NCBI GenBank assembly: GCA_040954595.2
Contig: CM082577.2
Location: 18,326,303-18,390,302, forward strand
Source: Balanoglossus misakiensis
Lineage: Eukaryota; Animalia; Hemichordata
Reading direction: 5' to 3'
DNA: 64,000 nucleotides
Of the stretch, positions 27,419-40,285 are shown piece after piece (the stretch's first letter is position 1; each line of letters begins with the position of its first letter). The notes beneath the pieces were generated by a model, which was not told where the DNA came from, did not search any database, and was given only the letters and a program-made list of their open reading frames with translations. Position numbers and translations under genes: made by a program.

Positions 27419-27960
27419 TGCAAAATGTGGTATGAAAGTCACATGAAAACCGCCGGTTTCATAAACTTCCATGGTACTGTTCCCCTTTATAAGAGTTAAA
27501 CACTCACTGCATTGCATTTGATAGTTCATAAGAGGCAGACTGGTTAAAAAGTGTACTTGCTGAAAAAATACAACAGAATATCATCCATACTCTCACTGCC
27601 TCCAAATTGCGGCCTTGTAGCAATGTAAACTGTCTGTGATGATGTATCAAATTCAAATTGCTATGCTGTTGTAAGTCTTTCTGATATTCAATGCAATGTG
27701 ACCAATAGAGCTTTGTGACATAAGGGAAATATTTGTCAAGAATTTGTACATAAAGCATCCAATTTTACTGAGCAGTTGACTGAGATTTTTGTTAATTGGA
27801 ACTAACCAAGGAAAGTAGGTCACAATAGACCCAATGGACTAAACTTCACAGCTCTTTGAGAGAACGTTGGTGCCGAGATTTAGAACGCTACTGGTAATCA
27901 CTATTCTTCGCTATCAAATGACGTCAGACGCGCTCAGACGGCAGTTACGTTCACATTCAA

Positions 27961-28153
27961 ATTTCCAGATGACGGGCAAGTTCAGCAACGTGTACTTACG
28001 TGGTGCAGACAAAGACTGTGCAGACGAAATGCAATGAGGCTGATGAGGCAACATACCCGATACATGTTATGTGTTTGGTGGTTCTAAAGTAAAAACATAC
28101 TCGGAAAAACTTTTACTGGATGCCGAAATATTGCTTGCCCGTCATCTGGAAAT
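27961..28153. repeat. 20-bp inverted repeat pair, possible MITE relic
   Basis: ATTTCCAGATGACGGGCAAG (27961-27980) and CTTGCCCGTCATCTGGAAAT (28134-28153). Confidence 0.7.
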
Positions 28154-28693
28154 GACTGCGCCATGGGACACATTGCCAGATCACGTGATTGATAGTAAAG
28201 AATTCAAAGGCACAATTGGAATTAAATAACTTACTCTAACCAATCATTTAACAGCAAACAATAATAGCCACTGCACAGTAAACTGACTGAACTAAACCTT
28301 AAACTTACAATTATGAACTGAACATGTTGGTAAAAACAGAAACATTGCACTTAGCACAAAATGAACGGTTTGAAAAATCTATAACCTGTTAACAATCTAT
28401 TAAGTTACACTTGGAAGTTGGATAACCCATTCTCTCTTTCTGCAAAAGTAAATAGAGGAAAATTATATAAGGAAATACAAAATATTCAAAAACAATTATA
28501 CCTTCAGCTCAGCCAGATTGATAATGCCACATTTTGTAAGGTTAAAATGAAATAAGCAAGTTCAGAATGGCAAAATGGGTGCTGCTTTTATTTCTTGTGG
28601 CCCTGCAAAGTACCAACAATATTTCTAAAACATGCACTACAACTTCGTTCACAAACCTTTAAGACTTGTGGCTACCAGCAACATCACAGGAGG

Positions 28694-31600
28694 CTACCAT
28701 CGACCATACCCTACTCCCTGTATGGACAAAGTGGAATCAAATGCCTTCTTGAAATCTTCATAAGTTGTGTGACTGATAGGAAGAATAACCTCCTCAGTGC
28801 AAACACCAGGGTCGGGAAGAGGCATTGTGTCCACTATTGCATACTTTACATACATCTTCAGGGGAAGAGACTTTGAACCAGTGATAAACTGCAAAATGTC
28901 ACAAATGCCTGGACTGGACTCTGGAAAGAGAAAACAAAATAAAAAAATTAAACTTAAGAAGAAAAGTGAAATTTACTGGGTTACTATGTTGGTTACTAAT
29001 TCACATATTAAAGAACTATACTCATGAACTGATGAGGTCATCTAGGTCATGGCAGACCCACATCAGCAGCTGGCAATGAGGGTGTACCACAAAAATATAT
29101 GTTTGTGGTAAGGTATTTCCATCGGCCTACGGCTTCGGGGAAATAGCAAGCATGTCTGGCAACTCAAAGTCCCTCGAGGTAATAAACAGGTGTTCTAGCC
29201 CTCATGGCCAGGTAATGTGTTCAATAAAGGATTGACTTCAAGGATATACCCGGTACGGCATCTCTCTCAGCAGAGGTATTACTTTGCATGTTCTTAAGTT
29301 GAACGAACAGAGCTAGCATGAAGTGAGTTACAATGTAGGTTCTCGCCAAAAAAAATTCATGCATCAATACAATAATCTTGTGAATAAGCTACATGTGTTA
29401 CTATTCATACCTTTGTCTTCACATTTTTCTTTGACATATCTATGAAAATATGCCATGGATTGCTTCTTTCTCTCATTGTCTTCTGTTTCACCTTCCTTCA
29501 GAGTAATTCTGGATTTCAAAGCATCATATACGATGATTTCTGTAGGTGGAAATACCATTGGTAACAGTTTCGGTGCCTCTGCAATAATACGAAGAAGGCC
29601 GAGTGTCTCTAATCCCCTTCTGACTTGATCCATTTGGATCTTCCTACTGATTAGAATATGATGCTGCATCACTTCAAACACCAAGATACCCTTATTTTGT
29701 TCAGTGACATCAATGTGTGATGCTCCTGAAATGGCCAACATATCACAGAGTTTAGGCCCAATAATCTTCAGGTCATCTTCATTAGCTTCAATGACCTGGA
29801 AATGATAACAATGAGACAGTTGAGAGTCATAAAGAATTAACACGTGTATTACATAGACATTCTTTGATATATTTTTAATAAAAGGAAACATACTGCACTC
29901 TGTTAAATAAATATTTACTTGTAGTAACTTGTTTTGACATCTATGCTTAAAAGCTACAATTGTAAACAAAATGTAAAGTTTGAAGACTATTGTATAACAG
30001 CTGGACTGAACTTTGGAGACTACACTTCATTTTCTGAACATGGATATACCATTCATGTAATTTGAAATTTAGGGAATCTTGGGACCACACAGTCTTTGTC
30101 TTGACACTCAAGTGTGGTGTTGGTCAAGTAATGTAAGTAAATTCCATTTTATATTGTGGAATTTGGTGTTTTACTTAGCTGAACTTGTTTTAATCTCAAA
30201 CTCATTTTCATTGCCCCCAAATTCAATGTCTTCCAGAAAACAAAATATATACCACTCTGAAGTAGTTAGGTGAATGTTCATGCTCATTTAAGTGCATTTG
30301 AAATGTTAGTAAAGGGAAGTATCAACATGTGAACATGAATTTGTCATGTTTTTCATATGAAGCCTGATGAATTCATTGGTTGTAAGAAACATTTACATGA
30401 TGATATTAAGTATTTGAAGCCAGTTGGTAAACAGTGCTAGAGTGACTGTTAACCAGATAGTCACCCTTGAAGTGTATGCATACCTTTCGCAACGTCTCCT
30501 TCAGTTCATAGTCAGCAATATCATCCAGTGTGAGATGGCTGGCTGCTACGGATATATCACCACAAGATATATATTCTCTAATCGGTTTAGCTACACTGCT
30601 GAAGCCAGGGCCGTAATGTAGCAAGGAGTGGCCAATAATTTTGCCGACAAGCACAAACAGCTCCTGGCTTAGCACAGACTGTTTCAACACCGGCAATAGG
30701 TGGTCTTCTTGTCCTTCAAACAGTGGTTCTTCTGTATTGGAAGTCAATGTTTTGAAGACCAGGTGGAAAAATTCTCGTGATGGTCCACCAACATCAACTC
30801 CTGGTTCTTCTTCATCAGCAGAAATGAAGGTGATCTTTGGGCGGACGAGGAGGTCAATGTTACCTTTGTAGATGCTAACTACCTGCCTGAAGGGAAATTT
30901 ATCGTCCCTGTTGAAGTAAATCTTGGGAGGTCTCCTATCTACTTTAAGTGTTACTGTTCTCCACTTCTCAAGTATTTCTTGTGAATTGAAGGAAATAACA
31001 CCTCTTACCATTCTGACTGCATCCTTCATTGCCTCGGAAAGGGTCTGCTGCCGACTCATTGACAACTTCAACATCACTATCTAGAAATTAAATTCACAAG
31101 AACCACATATCAGTAATTTGCAGAAAAATAGTTAAGTCACATGATTTAAAGGCTCGGTATCATGCCAACAGATTACGCTACATGAAACATCGCATTTAGG
31201 TGCCTTCATTCAGGTTATGACAAGTGACTGAAACTGATTAATCATGGTAAATTGAAACTTACCCTTATCACCACTTAAGACAAAGAAAGCCATATCAGCA
31301 TCTCCACTGCACTCTCTCAGAGTTCTTAAGACAACCTCTCTTGGTACAGATTTTCCAAGAATTTCAGCCAAGGTTTCAGCTTTTCCATCGAACTGCTAGC
31401 TCAAAACAAACATTACAAATTTTATAGGTACACAACAAATAGCGTCAAGGACACAGTGCTCACATTTCACTTGAATTGACATACGAGTGTGTATGATACT
31501 TTTTTCCTTTTTTGGCTGGGTTGTGCGTTTTGGTGTTCTGCTATGTTATTGTATACTCATTCTGTTTGACTTTTTGACTACATACATACATACATACATA

Positions 31601-32046
31601 CATACATACATACATACATACAAAACTCGTTCTGCCAAAATCATTTGATGTTTATTTCCCCTGTAAGTACTATATGGATTTCCCCCCGTAAGTACTTTTA
31701 TCAACAAATAAAATATGTTTTGTTGTACAACAGGTCTAGATCAAATGTGACATTTTGAGAGGATTCAGCCATGGTCCCTCCAACACCTGCAATGTATGAC
31801 AAAATCTGAACCTTGCCAACCTCACCCTTTAACGTAACAATAAATTAAACAATTTACCTGTACTGGTGCTTCAGCTGCGGGGGTTGCTACTTCAGTATCA
31901 GAACTTTCTTCTTCACTTGTTGATGAATCATCCAGTACAGTCACATTACATGTCTTCTGATGATTTTTCACTCCAGATATAGGTATTTCTTTACCACAGT
32001 GCACACAGGGAACCTTGACAATCCCAGTTGCTGTTGGTTGCTCAAC
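28694..32046 (-). pseudogene. G2E3-like HECT E3 ubiquitin ligase; exons 32046-31858, 31395-31263, 31080-30484, 29795-29411, 28920-28694; 5' exons not seen
   Basis: CVHC..H..C zinc finger, a UBA/CUE-like helical exon, HECT motifs GVDVGGPSREFF, ILQFITGS, LPDPGVCTEEVILP (putative catalytic Cys) and terminal GYGRW. Splice phases fit except for an apparent frameshift near 31000-31050. Confidence 0.8.
31437..31645 (-). mobile_element. Small HINE-like relic with a (TACA)n microsatellite inside a HECT intron
   Basis: AAATAGCGTCAAGGACAC is identical to the type-C tail at 1366-1383. (TACA)n at 31579-31622. No clear head. Confidence 0.5.
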
Positions 32047-32718
32047 CTTTAATTAGGTTGGGTAAAAAACATGGTGTATTGGGTCAAAGATAATAATAAT
32101 AATTAAATAAAGAATTATATAAAAATAATAATTTTAATAATAATAGGTCCGATTTCCACAAAAATTTCACCATAGGGGTATCTTGGCTCAATAAGAACAA
32201 AAATGATATCCGTTTAGTGATCACATGTTTCTATGGCAACCATTTTGGGGCTGAAATTATGCTTTTTGTGCTAAGAGAGGGTATCACAAGTCAATTTACA
32301 TAATAATTGGTTGGATTTGAACACAAAATCACACTGGCAGTATTTTTGTTCACAAAGAAAACATTTGGGGTTTATTTTCCGAATGCACAATAATAAGTTG
32401 GTGAAATTTGACTTTTCTTTCAAGACAGAGGAACTGCGCATGTGCAGAAAAACTGGCAATGCAGCCTGCCGATTTCCACAGTGTAACTACAAAAAAATAC
32501 AAGATACAATAGTAAAGTTAAGGAATCCAATCAATCGATTGTTCATGCATTTCCAGACTGTCGACCAGTTTTAAAACATAAATTCTTTGGTATTGCATAA
32601 ACGTTTACCGTCTATTTGTTGTTGTATGACATGGGTTATTGAAGGAAGGCAGTTACAGGACACACTTTACTAAACAAACCTTTAAACAAGCTTAATTTTT
32701 GAAGCTTTGTCGAAGATG

Positions 32719-32901
32719 TTTATTTTATTTTCATCCAAATCAAGTCACAACAAACTCTCATTGTAACTTTTATACTGATGTGTATCACTAGCTACTTCAT
32801 TTAATTCCGACAACAATTAAATGAAGTTGTAGTGATACACATGAGTATAAAAGTTACAAGGAGAGTTTGTTGTGACTTGATTTGGATGAAAATAAAATAA
32901 A
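32719..32901. repeat. ~183-bp imperfect palindrome
   Basis: TTTATTTTATTTTCATCCAAATCAAGTCACAACAAACTC...GAGTTTGTTGTGACTTGATTTGGATGAAAATAAAATAAA with an ~8-nt loop. Confidence 0.9.
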
Positions 32902-35080
32902 GGTAATCATGTTCAAATAATACACTACAGGCAATGAATGTATTTGAATTTTAAAGTTGTATTTATTATCCAATATCACATTAATAACACATGCAATTAT
33001 AAATACAGGCAATACTGTTACAATAAGACAAACCTCACAAGAATCACAATACTATAAAATCAAAATTGGATAAAATTATTGATGTCTCTTGTTTTGGTTT
33101 TCCGAAGCAAGTTATCCTGGTGACCATTAGCTGCAATAATTGTAGCTCTTGTTTTTTTCTGTTGGGTTTGCGAAAAAAAGTTCCGCCAAGATATCATCAA
33201 AATGTCAAAAAAAGGCCTAGATATCGTCAAAATGCTAAAAGAAGGCGGAAAACGCTACAGTTACTGCAGTTAGGTGACCATATGCTCTCTGAAAAAAAAT
33301 AGAAAGAAAATCATTGATCCCATCATGAAAGTTTGGTTTCGGCATGCCTTAATAATTAAACCACATCACACCACACATCAACAGAGCTCTGTCTGTTTAA
33401 CACAAGTTTGACCGAAAGACAGAACCCGACGCCAAAATTATCATAGGGTCTCTGAGTGTGAAATGAATACAGAGTCGCATCAGCCCCGGGTGAAGAGTTC
33501 ACACGAGAAATTAAACATTATTCCGATTATTTCTAATTCCATCTTAAAAACGCACCTAGGTACATATTTCCATTATTAACTGTTGTCATTACTCTGTTTT
33601 CGCGACATTGATTCCAGAATCTGTGGATATTTCTACACTCAAAAAAACATTACACGATCGCGATTAACGTCGTGAGCGCCTCCGGCCCGCCCGGACATGT
33701 TTCAAACTCAAAGTCAAAGCGCGTGCGGAAGTAATGTTGATAAATGTTGTCGTTTTTTGCGAAAACAATGTTCAAAACACCAGTTTTCTGAGAGGCATTT
33801 GCCAACTATTTTAACACCATGTACACACGGACACAACATTGTCAGAAATTACCCACCTCTGAAATAGTTGTAGCCGTACAGCCCGTACGTACATCGACCA
33901 GGCAAAATCCATCGCGTGAGTCCCAGAGTTTACGTTGCATCTCATGACGTCACATGACCTTTGCCCATAGATCCTCGTTCATAACGTATGTTTATTTTGA
34001 GGAAGAAGTCGGCAAACTGCAACTTTTCATCAACTAATCAGGGCAGGTGTAAGGTTTTGATACAAATAACGTCTGTCACGTGCTCAAATTGCAAAATGAC
34101 CTGTCAAACTAAGCTGCTGACCGATGACATGCGTGCAGCACCGGACGTAGTCTTGCTCCAAGACTGTGTGATACTGAAAATAAAATGCACGTCCGCGTTA
34201 CGTATATATAGAACGTCCTGTGGACGCGACGCTAATCACACAGTCTTGCCGATTCTGTAAACGCCCTCAAGTGGTTTTACCAGATTTTGGTAAGTAGCGG
34301 AGAACATTCGAACCTCATATGTCTGTCAATCAAATTAGCGTCGTGTCAACATGAGTTCTATACGCGTACATACCAGGTACAGAATACGCATTTTGGGGCG
34401 TTATCGCGATTTTTGTGCGCTTCTAGATGTTCTACATGCAAATTAACGCCGCTCATGAATATTCATATCAAATATATGTGTGCAGAAACGTACAGTCGCT
34501 TTGCCTGGCGGCGCGTCGTACGAAAGTTCCATTCCTTATCGACAGGCACAGCGACTGCCATAGAGTCTACACCGGACGTCGCGCGATTAGGTCAAAACTG
34601 GCTGTCGATAGGCGTACAATAAGGTTTGATAAAGGTTCATAACAAAGCTTCGTCGAAGCTTTCTGTTAGCCAAGATTTTAAAAAGCTTTGACAGTAACCT
34701 TGGTCCAAGGTTTAGCGCAAACCTTGTCTTGTGCTTCGGCACGAAGCTTTGCCAAATCTTTATTGAAAATAAGCTTAGCCAAACCTTTATTGCAAACCTT
34801 CACACAAGCTTTGAGGACACCCAAGCTTGGCCCAAGGTATGGCACAATCGCGTGTGTAGCGCCAAGTCATATGCCACATCCACAGCTTGAAGTCGGGCTT
34901 GAAGCACAATATACGACTGTCCCATCCACCGCTGGCTGCGCTGTGGTGAAGTAGTTGTTCGCGAACGAGGCTGTTGGGCTGTGCATGAATATATTTTAAA
35001 ATTACACCTCTCACGCAACAAATGACCAAGACAACTCTCTGGCAGTAAACCGAAGTATTTTAATAAACTCCGCAACTAAA

Positions 35081-35122
<42 letters not shown>

Positions 35123-35629
35123 AAATACATATCTCAAAACCGGGCAGGAGCTTACTCCCCGAGGTGCGCTGCTGACCCAAGAAAGAGTGCAAAGACTGAG
35201 CATGCGCCGAATATTGAAGGAAGGGCTCCCTAGCTAAGTCAAGGTGTAATTAACCCCAATGACACACATTATTAACAAATTACACCTCTCACGCAACAAA
35301 TGACCAAGACAACTCTCTGGCAGTAAACCGAAGTATTTTAATAAACTCCGCCAAGGCTAGAAAACGGCCAGAGAGTTGAAGTCAAATTCTAATGAGAAAA
35401 AAAAAATATAGAAAAATAAAATAATAAAAAAAAATCACAATAAAGAAAGATGATAAAATACATGATGAACTTGCCAACTCTAAGCTGTGGAAGAACACTA
35501 ACATTGCAAAACAGTAAAGGCGAACTGAGGCTGATAAGTTGCTCGGTTCACAATGCGTACATGGCGCTGAGGCCAAGCCCATAGGGGCGTAACTGTACCC
35601 AGGGAGTTGAAAGTGGCGAAGCGTAAAGC

Positions 35630-36781
35630 TTAACATAACAAGCGATTCATGTACACTAGCAGAGAGGAAAAAAGAAAATGGGAAGGCGACTTGGTAGTGG
35701 CTAACTGAGCCATTCGCTGGGAAACCGTCAAGCGTGTGGACAGGGGTATTTTGACGTAACGTTCATAGGCATTTGACCGCCAATCACCGTGAAGCTTGAT
35801 TAGGTCAGGTGGTACGCCTGCAGCGTGAGCCAGTGAGGCTCCCCCCCTGCGCAAACTGTGAGCAGAGTAGAGACTGCTGTCTTTGCCAACCTTCTTTAAT
35901 AATTTGCTGAGTGCAGATGAAAACGATGAATATGTAAGCGTAACAAGCTTCCCACCCTTGGGGTAAACAAAGGCTGGAGCATCTTTAGCCGATGTAACTG
36001 ATGCCAGCATGCGACGGAGTGCCGACACGGGGCACAAGGGGCTGCCTGGTAAAGCGGCTAACGGTATGAAAAGGGTGCGCTCATGGCACTGCAAGGTTTT
36101 GGACCAACGCACTGCAAGCATAACATGGCTATCTTTAACAACCAAATCCCTACGTGAGAGATGTCGCTTGCAGTCAAAGGAAGTCTTGGAAGGAGGAACC
36201 AGGTTTGACTTTCTGAGAAAGGCGAAAAAACCGATTAGAATGGCACACCAAACAACGAGTTGGAAAACATCACTAATGTCAATAACTGCTGCCATGTCCA
36301 ACAACATGGGAACTGTAATAGGCAACTTCTGAGTGGGCGAATGAACACTACTTTTACGAATGCCGGCCAGCGCTAACTTAAAGCTGAGGCACTCGAACCC
36401 CTCCAAGTTATAGCCGGTAAGAATGTGCAGTGTCTTAACCCCTGAAATATAATTGGAAATGGACACAGGGCTGCTAAAGGACCTGTTAAGGAACTGTGCG
36501 TAAAGTGCCAAGACTGTGGATGAAGCAGGGAGAGCTTGTAAGCCAAAATGGAGTGTGAAGCTAAGGAAGGAGCGAAACTGGGTATGCAAGTTGTCGAGAG
36601 TCCCCGGACGAAATGCTGCCAAACGAGAGCGCTTCACTTCTTGTCTGAGTAACTCTAGGTCCTGCTGAACATCTGTGGGAAGATTAGAATAAATCATTAA
36701 GAGTGAACAAGGACTCTGGAACAGGGGTTTCCTCGAGAGCACGTCCTCTGGTGAGATCAAAAAAGCAGTCTTGGTATGCAC
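35630..36781 (-). CDS. Tyrosine recombinase of the Ngaro element (true start probably near 36690)
   Basis: FFAFLRKSNL (R), WSKT (K), HSLRRGGA (HxxR), HGDWRSNAYERY (Y). The frame is open. Confidence 0.92.
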   Translation of the reverse strand: MHTKTAFLISPEDVLSRKPLFQSPCSLLMIYSNLPTDVQQDLELLRQEVKRSRLAAFRPGTLDNLHTQFRSFLSFTLHFGLQALPASSTVLALYAQFLNRSFSSPVSISNYISGVKTLHILTGYNLEGFECLSFKLALAGIRKSSVHSPTQKLPITVPMLLDMAAVIDISDVFQLVVWCAILIGFFAFLRKSNLVPPSKTSFDCKRHLSRRDLVVKDSHVMLAVRWSKTLQCHERTLFIPLAALPGSPLCPVSALRRMLASVTSAKDAPAFVYPKGGKLVTLTYSSFSSALSKLLKKVGKDSSLYSAHSLRRGGASLAHAAGVPPDLIKLHGDWRSNAYERYVKIPLSTRLTVSQRMAQLATTKSPSHFLFSSLLVYMNRLLC

Positions 36782-38648
36782 TGCCTAGGTGCCACCGGGA
36801 TAAGCAATCAGCGAGTTGATTCTGAGCGCCTGGTAAGTGCTGGGCTTTCAATTCAAACTGAAAGGATGCTGCAATAAACCAAAGTTCACGCGCCGCTGTC
36901 ATAAGGAAAGGGTCACGACCGCGACCAGCATTGAGAACCTTAACTGTGCTGGTATTGTCGCTGTACACCAAGATACGCAAGCCAGTCCATTGGCTCCCCC
37001 AAAGACGGGCCGCGACAACGACTGCGAGCATTTCCAAGCAGTGGATTGGGAGCCGTTTATGCAGAATAAGTTCTGGAAACGTTGAGTGGAAGTACTGCGA
37101 ACCGGAAAGTCCCCCGCAACCTGAAAGGCACGCGTCTGTGCAAACAATGCTGTTAGGAGCGGACCAAGTTAAGTCAGGCATGATAGAAATCCCATTGAAC
37201 TGCCTAATGAAAACAAGCCACCAATTAACATCTTTGTGAAACTGAGCATTTAAGTATATGTGGTGACTTGCGGACTCCACAGAGCGCAAGGTGTCCAGCA
37301 TGCGGCTAATGAAAAGACGGCCCGCGCGGATGCAGCCAGCAACAAAGGAAAGTTTGCCGATTAGAACTTGCAAGTCTCGGCGGGTGGCTTTCCTTCTGCC
37401 CGACCAATCAAGGAGCAGCTCAGTGAGCTCGGTCAGCCTGTCGTCTGTGACCTCCAATGTCATGGCTACTGTGTCAACCTGTATACCTAAGAAAGAGAGA
37501 CGTGTGGTCGGTGGAACCGCCTTACTGGTGGCTTCTTCGACACCCAATTCTTGCAGAAGTGACCGCAAGGCCATAAACGCAGGCTCTGAAAGTGCCGGTT
37601 TCTCGGCACCGCAAAAATCGTCCAAGAAATTAACTGCTCGAAAACCTAAATTGTTGTACATAGAAATAATAGTGTTAGTTGTGGCCTGGCATGCAAGCGC
37701 TGCCGAACGCAAACCAAAAGGCAGACGGAGGTCAATAAAAAGCCGACCCCGCCAAGTGTAGCCCAACAGGTGAAAGTCATGCAGGTCGACGGGTAACTGC
37801 CGGTACGCCCTGGGCAGATCAAGCTTGAAAAGGTGACACCCAGGACCCAGTTCCCTGATGAGAGCCACAAGTGAGTCAATATTTGGGTAACGAAGCTAAA
37901 AATGATGCCCCAGGAAAGTAGACTGAGAAATACCCGCGTTAACCGAAGTTACAGGGGGAAAGCTGAGGTCCATAATAGTACGTCTATCGGTGGACCCTTT
38001 CTTCGGCACAGAAGAGAGTGGGGATGTCGCCACGGGTAGTGAGAGGGAGTTGTAGTCAAAAGGACCAGCGGTTGCGCCTAGACTAACTTCAGTACAAACA
38101 AAGGAATCAATGTGCTGCGCAAAATGCAGGGCGGAACCGTGGTTGCGTCCGCTCGAAAGAGGAAACTGACTAGCGGTGAAATTGACAGGCCAGCCAAATT
38201 CCAGAAAGTCAATAAAAAGCGCACTGTGCTGATTGGGTAAACGTGCTCGCCAGGCGGGGATATTCAACGCTGATGGCACGGGAATGCGAACGCCCGCAAA
38301 GTTGGGCCTACCGGATGAAAAAACAATCTGATGCGTGTCGCGCAACCACTGCGGGGAAATACGGGCGCTTGGCGGCCAGAGGGGGATGCTGGGAGGGATC
38401 CACGCCGGTGTTTCTGGGGGGTTGAAACTACTGGTAGCCGCTGACTGGGAAAAAAAAGACTGGTACTGAAAGTCGTGTATACCCTGAAGTTCATGTGCTA
38501 ATGCAAGGGGAGTGGAAACAGATGGGGCAATTGCGAGCACGTACGTGCCATCAATATCAGGAGAATCCTGACAACAAACTACTGAATTCAAAAATACAGC
38601 GCTGTCAGCAGAAAGGTGACTACGGTCAAAACGTACACTATCCTGCAA
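36684..38648 (-). pseudogene. Ngaro RT-RNase H, broken by an in-frame TAG at 37896-37898
   Basis: IDFLEFGWP, KLDLPRAYRQ, LPFGLRSA, NFLDDF, TDACLSGCGG, CLEMLAV, SDN, LADCLSR. ORFs 37896-38648 and 36684-37868 are in the same frame. Confidence 0.9.
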
Positions 38649-38854
38649 AGGTACAAGTCTTCAAAAGTGAGAACATCACTGTACAAGTGGGCGCTAGGCA
38701 AACTATTAACATAACTGCGCGACTGAGAGGCAACAGAGCTACAAGGAATGGGTGGTGGTCTATCCAGACTAGTTTCATATAGCCTGGAATGTGGTGAGGG
38801 AGGAAACGAGACCGAAGGGCCAGAAAAGTCATCCCGTTTCCCCAAAGGCTGGAG

Positions 38855-40026
38855 TCATTCCTTGTTGCCCCCCTGCGTCTTTTCCCGAAATTCTTTCTCG
38901 TTATATGGACAATCGGCAGCGGCATGTTTCTTTTCTTGTTGCCTATAACGCAAACAGGCGGAACAAACATGTTTCTCCAAGATGCCTTCCACCATGTGAT
39001 CCTCAGCCTGAATACACTTGTGGATCTGAAAGGCGGAACAATACCTGGCACGACGGTTTTTCTTTGGCTTTGTGGCTGAGGTGGAAGTGCTCTGTGGAGG
39101 ATTTCTAACAAATCTAGTGTGGAGGTTATCAAAATCATCCTCCCAATTTAACAATCCTTGCTCCAAATATTGCAACACTACTGAGTGATATTTCCCAATT
39201 ATACAATTGTGCATCTATGACAATGTCTTGCAAATGAGTCAATCTATGCAAACTAGAGTCACTGCCAAACCCCATCCCTAAAATGATTTCGAGTTCACCG
39301 GCCACTAATTGTGGTAAGACAGTTCATCGTATGCCAAGGCCTCTGGCCTGTTTGGGTTTGGGTCGCGGACAAATTCATGTGGCCATGGAATGTACATCCG
39401 TACTCTGTCCGTTATAATGGCTTCCTCCTTGCGCCACTTTTCATGCGTTTACCTTTGGGAATAACATTCTGCAACGGGGATCGTCTGCTTTTGGCCTGTG
39501 TGCGAAGTTTGGTTCTGCCTTTCTTCGCTGCTCTTGTACCACGCTTGGTGTCCATATCATCGCTGCTGGAGCTGCTGCTTGCTTCGGATGCTGAAGTGTT
39601 GGACGAACCGCTCGATAACAAACGTTCGACGGAGTCCTGGAGAGCCGAGTCACGTCTAAGGTCGGCTAGAGTGGAACGAGGTTGCTCGGTCTTTTCCCGC
39701 TCACTAGTGGCTGTGACGTCATCGTTTTTAGGTTTCACAAACTTCATCACCTCGGAAATTTGGTGGAAAATCTCTCTTACTTGAGATGTCACAGAGTCCA
39801 ACTGCTGTTGCACTTTCGGGTCAGTCCCGGAACGCTTACTTGTAATTTTCTTGCGTGTCATTACGTTGTACATGTAAGCTGGCTGTTTTGGGCAGTTGCG
39901 CCGTCGGGCAACTGTATCCATTTCTGCTCGTTCTGCTACAGTTCCCGCCTCGAGTTCTGCGAAGGTATCTTCAACTTCTGATGTGGGCTGAGCCGATTCG
40001 GCCATTTCGGTGAAAATTAAAACCAA
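38855..40026 (-). pseudogene. Ngaro gag-like ORF1, frameshifted
   Basis: Segments 39412-40026 and 38855-39214 are linked by shifted-frame WPHEFV..YDELS..LVAGELEII. C-terminal Cys/His cluster YCSAFQ..C..H..HVCSAC..H..C. Confidence 0.7.
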
Positions 40027-40124
40027 GGAGAACTGAAGAGCTGTGGATACCGGTACCGGATCAGCAATATCAAAGTCCGAAAGCTTTTAAATATCTCAGT
40101 ATCTCAAAACCAGGCAGGAGCTTG

Positions 40125-40285
40125 ATCCCCTCAATAACGATGCCTAGAAAAGTAATTTGTTGAGATGGACCAACCACTTTATGCCATGCTATGTGAAAAC
40201 CTAATTTGCGGAGAAGCTTGAGTAAAGTGTTGAGCGCTAATTGGCAAGCCTGATAGTCAACTCTGTTTACATACGCAATAAACAT
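40125..40285 (-). pseudogene. Fragment of a second, divergent DIRS/Ngaro RT
   Basis: LLKLLRKLGFHIAWHKVVGPSQQITFLGIVI resembles LRSLLQELGVEEATSKAVPPTTRLSFLGIQV of the neighbouring RT. Confidence 0.7.

Larger units (their letters stand above)
22032..32050 (+). mobile_element. IS3EU-like DNA transposon (left end and coding region; right end not found)
   Basis: Starts TATGGCGCG exactly where the type-B tail GTGTCT|CGAAACCC is cut (IS3EU termini are TAY..RTA). Followed by a subterminal repeat array, an IS3-like DDE gene and a convergent second gene. The right coordinate is a minimum. Confidence 0.7.
34999..40123 (-). mobile_element. Ngaro-type (DIRS order) tyrosine-recombinase retrotransposon with split direct repeats
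   Basis: Gene order gag, RT/RNase H, YR. The ~74-bp B repeat is at 35000-35073 and 35278-35351. The A repeat TATCTCAAAACC(A/G)GGCAGGAGCTT is at 35131-35153 and 40100-40123. This gives A1-ORFs-B1-A2-B2 with A1 truncated. Confidence 0.9.

Noticed and set aside
26933-27490. Kolobok MITE enclosing the second Crypton-like element (TTAA-AGGGG...CCCCT-TTAT)
   Set aside because: Only ~5 bp of TIR match and the right TSD is imperfect; possible but unsupported.
28694-32046. Calling the HECT gene host G2E3
   Set aside because: No N-terminal PHD/RING exons are visible, it has an apparent frameshift and it is embedded in transposons, so no gene symbol is given.
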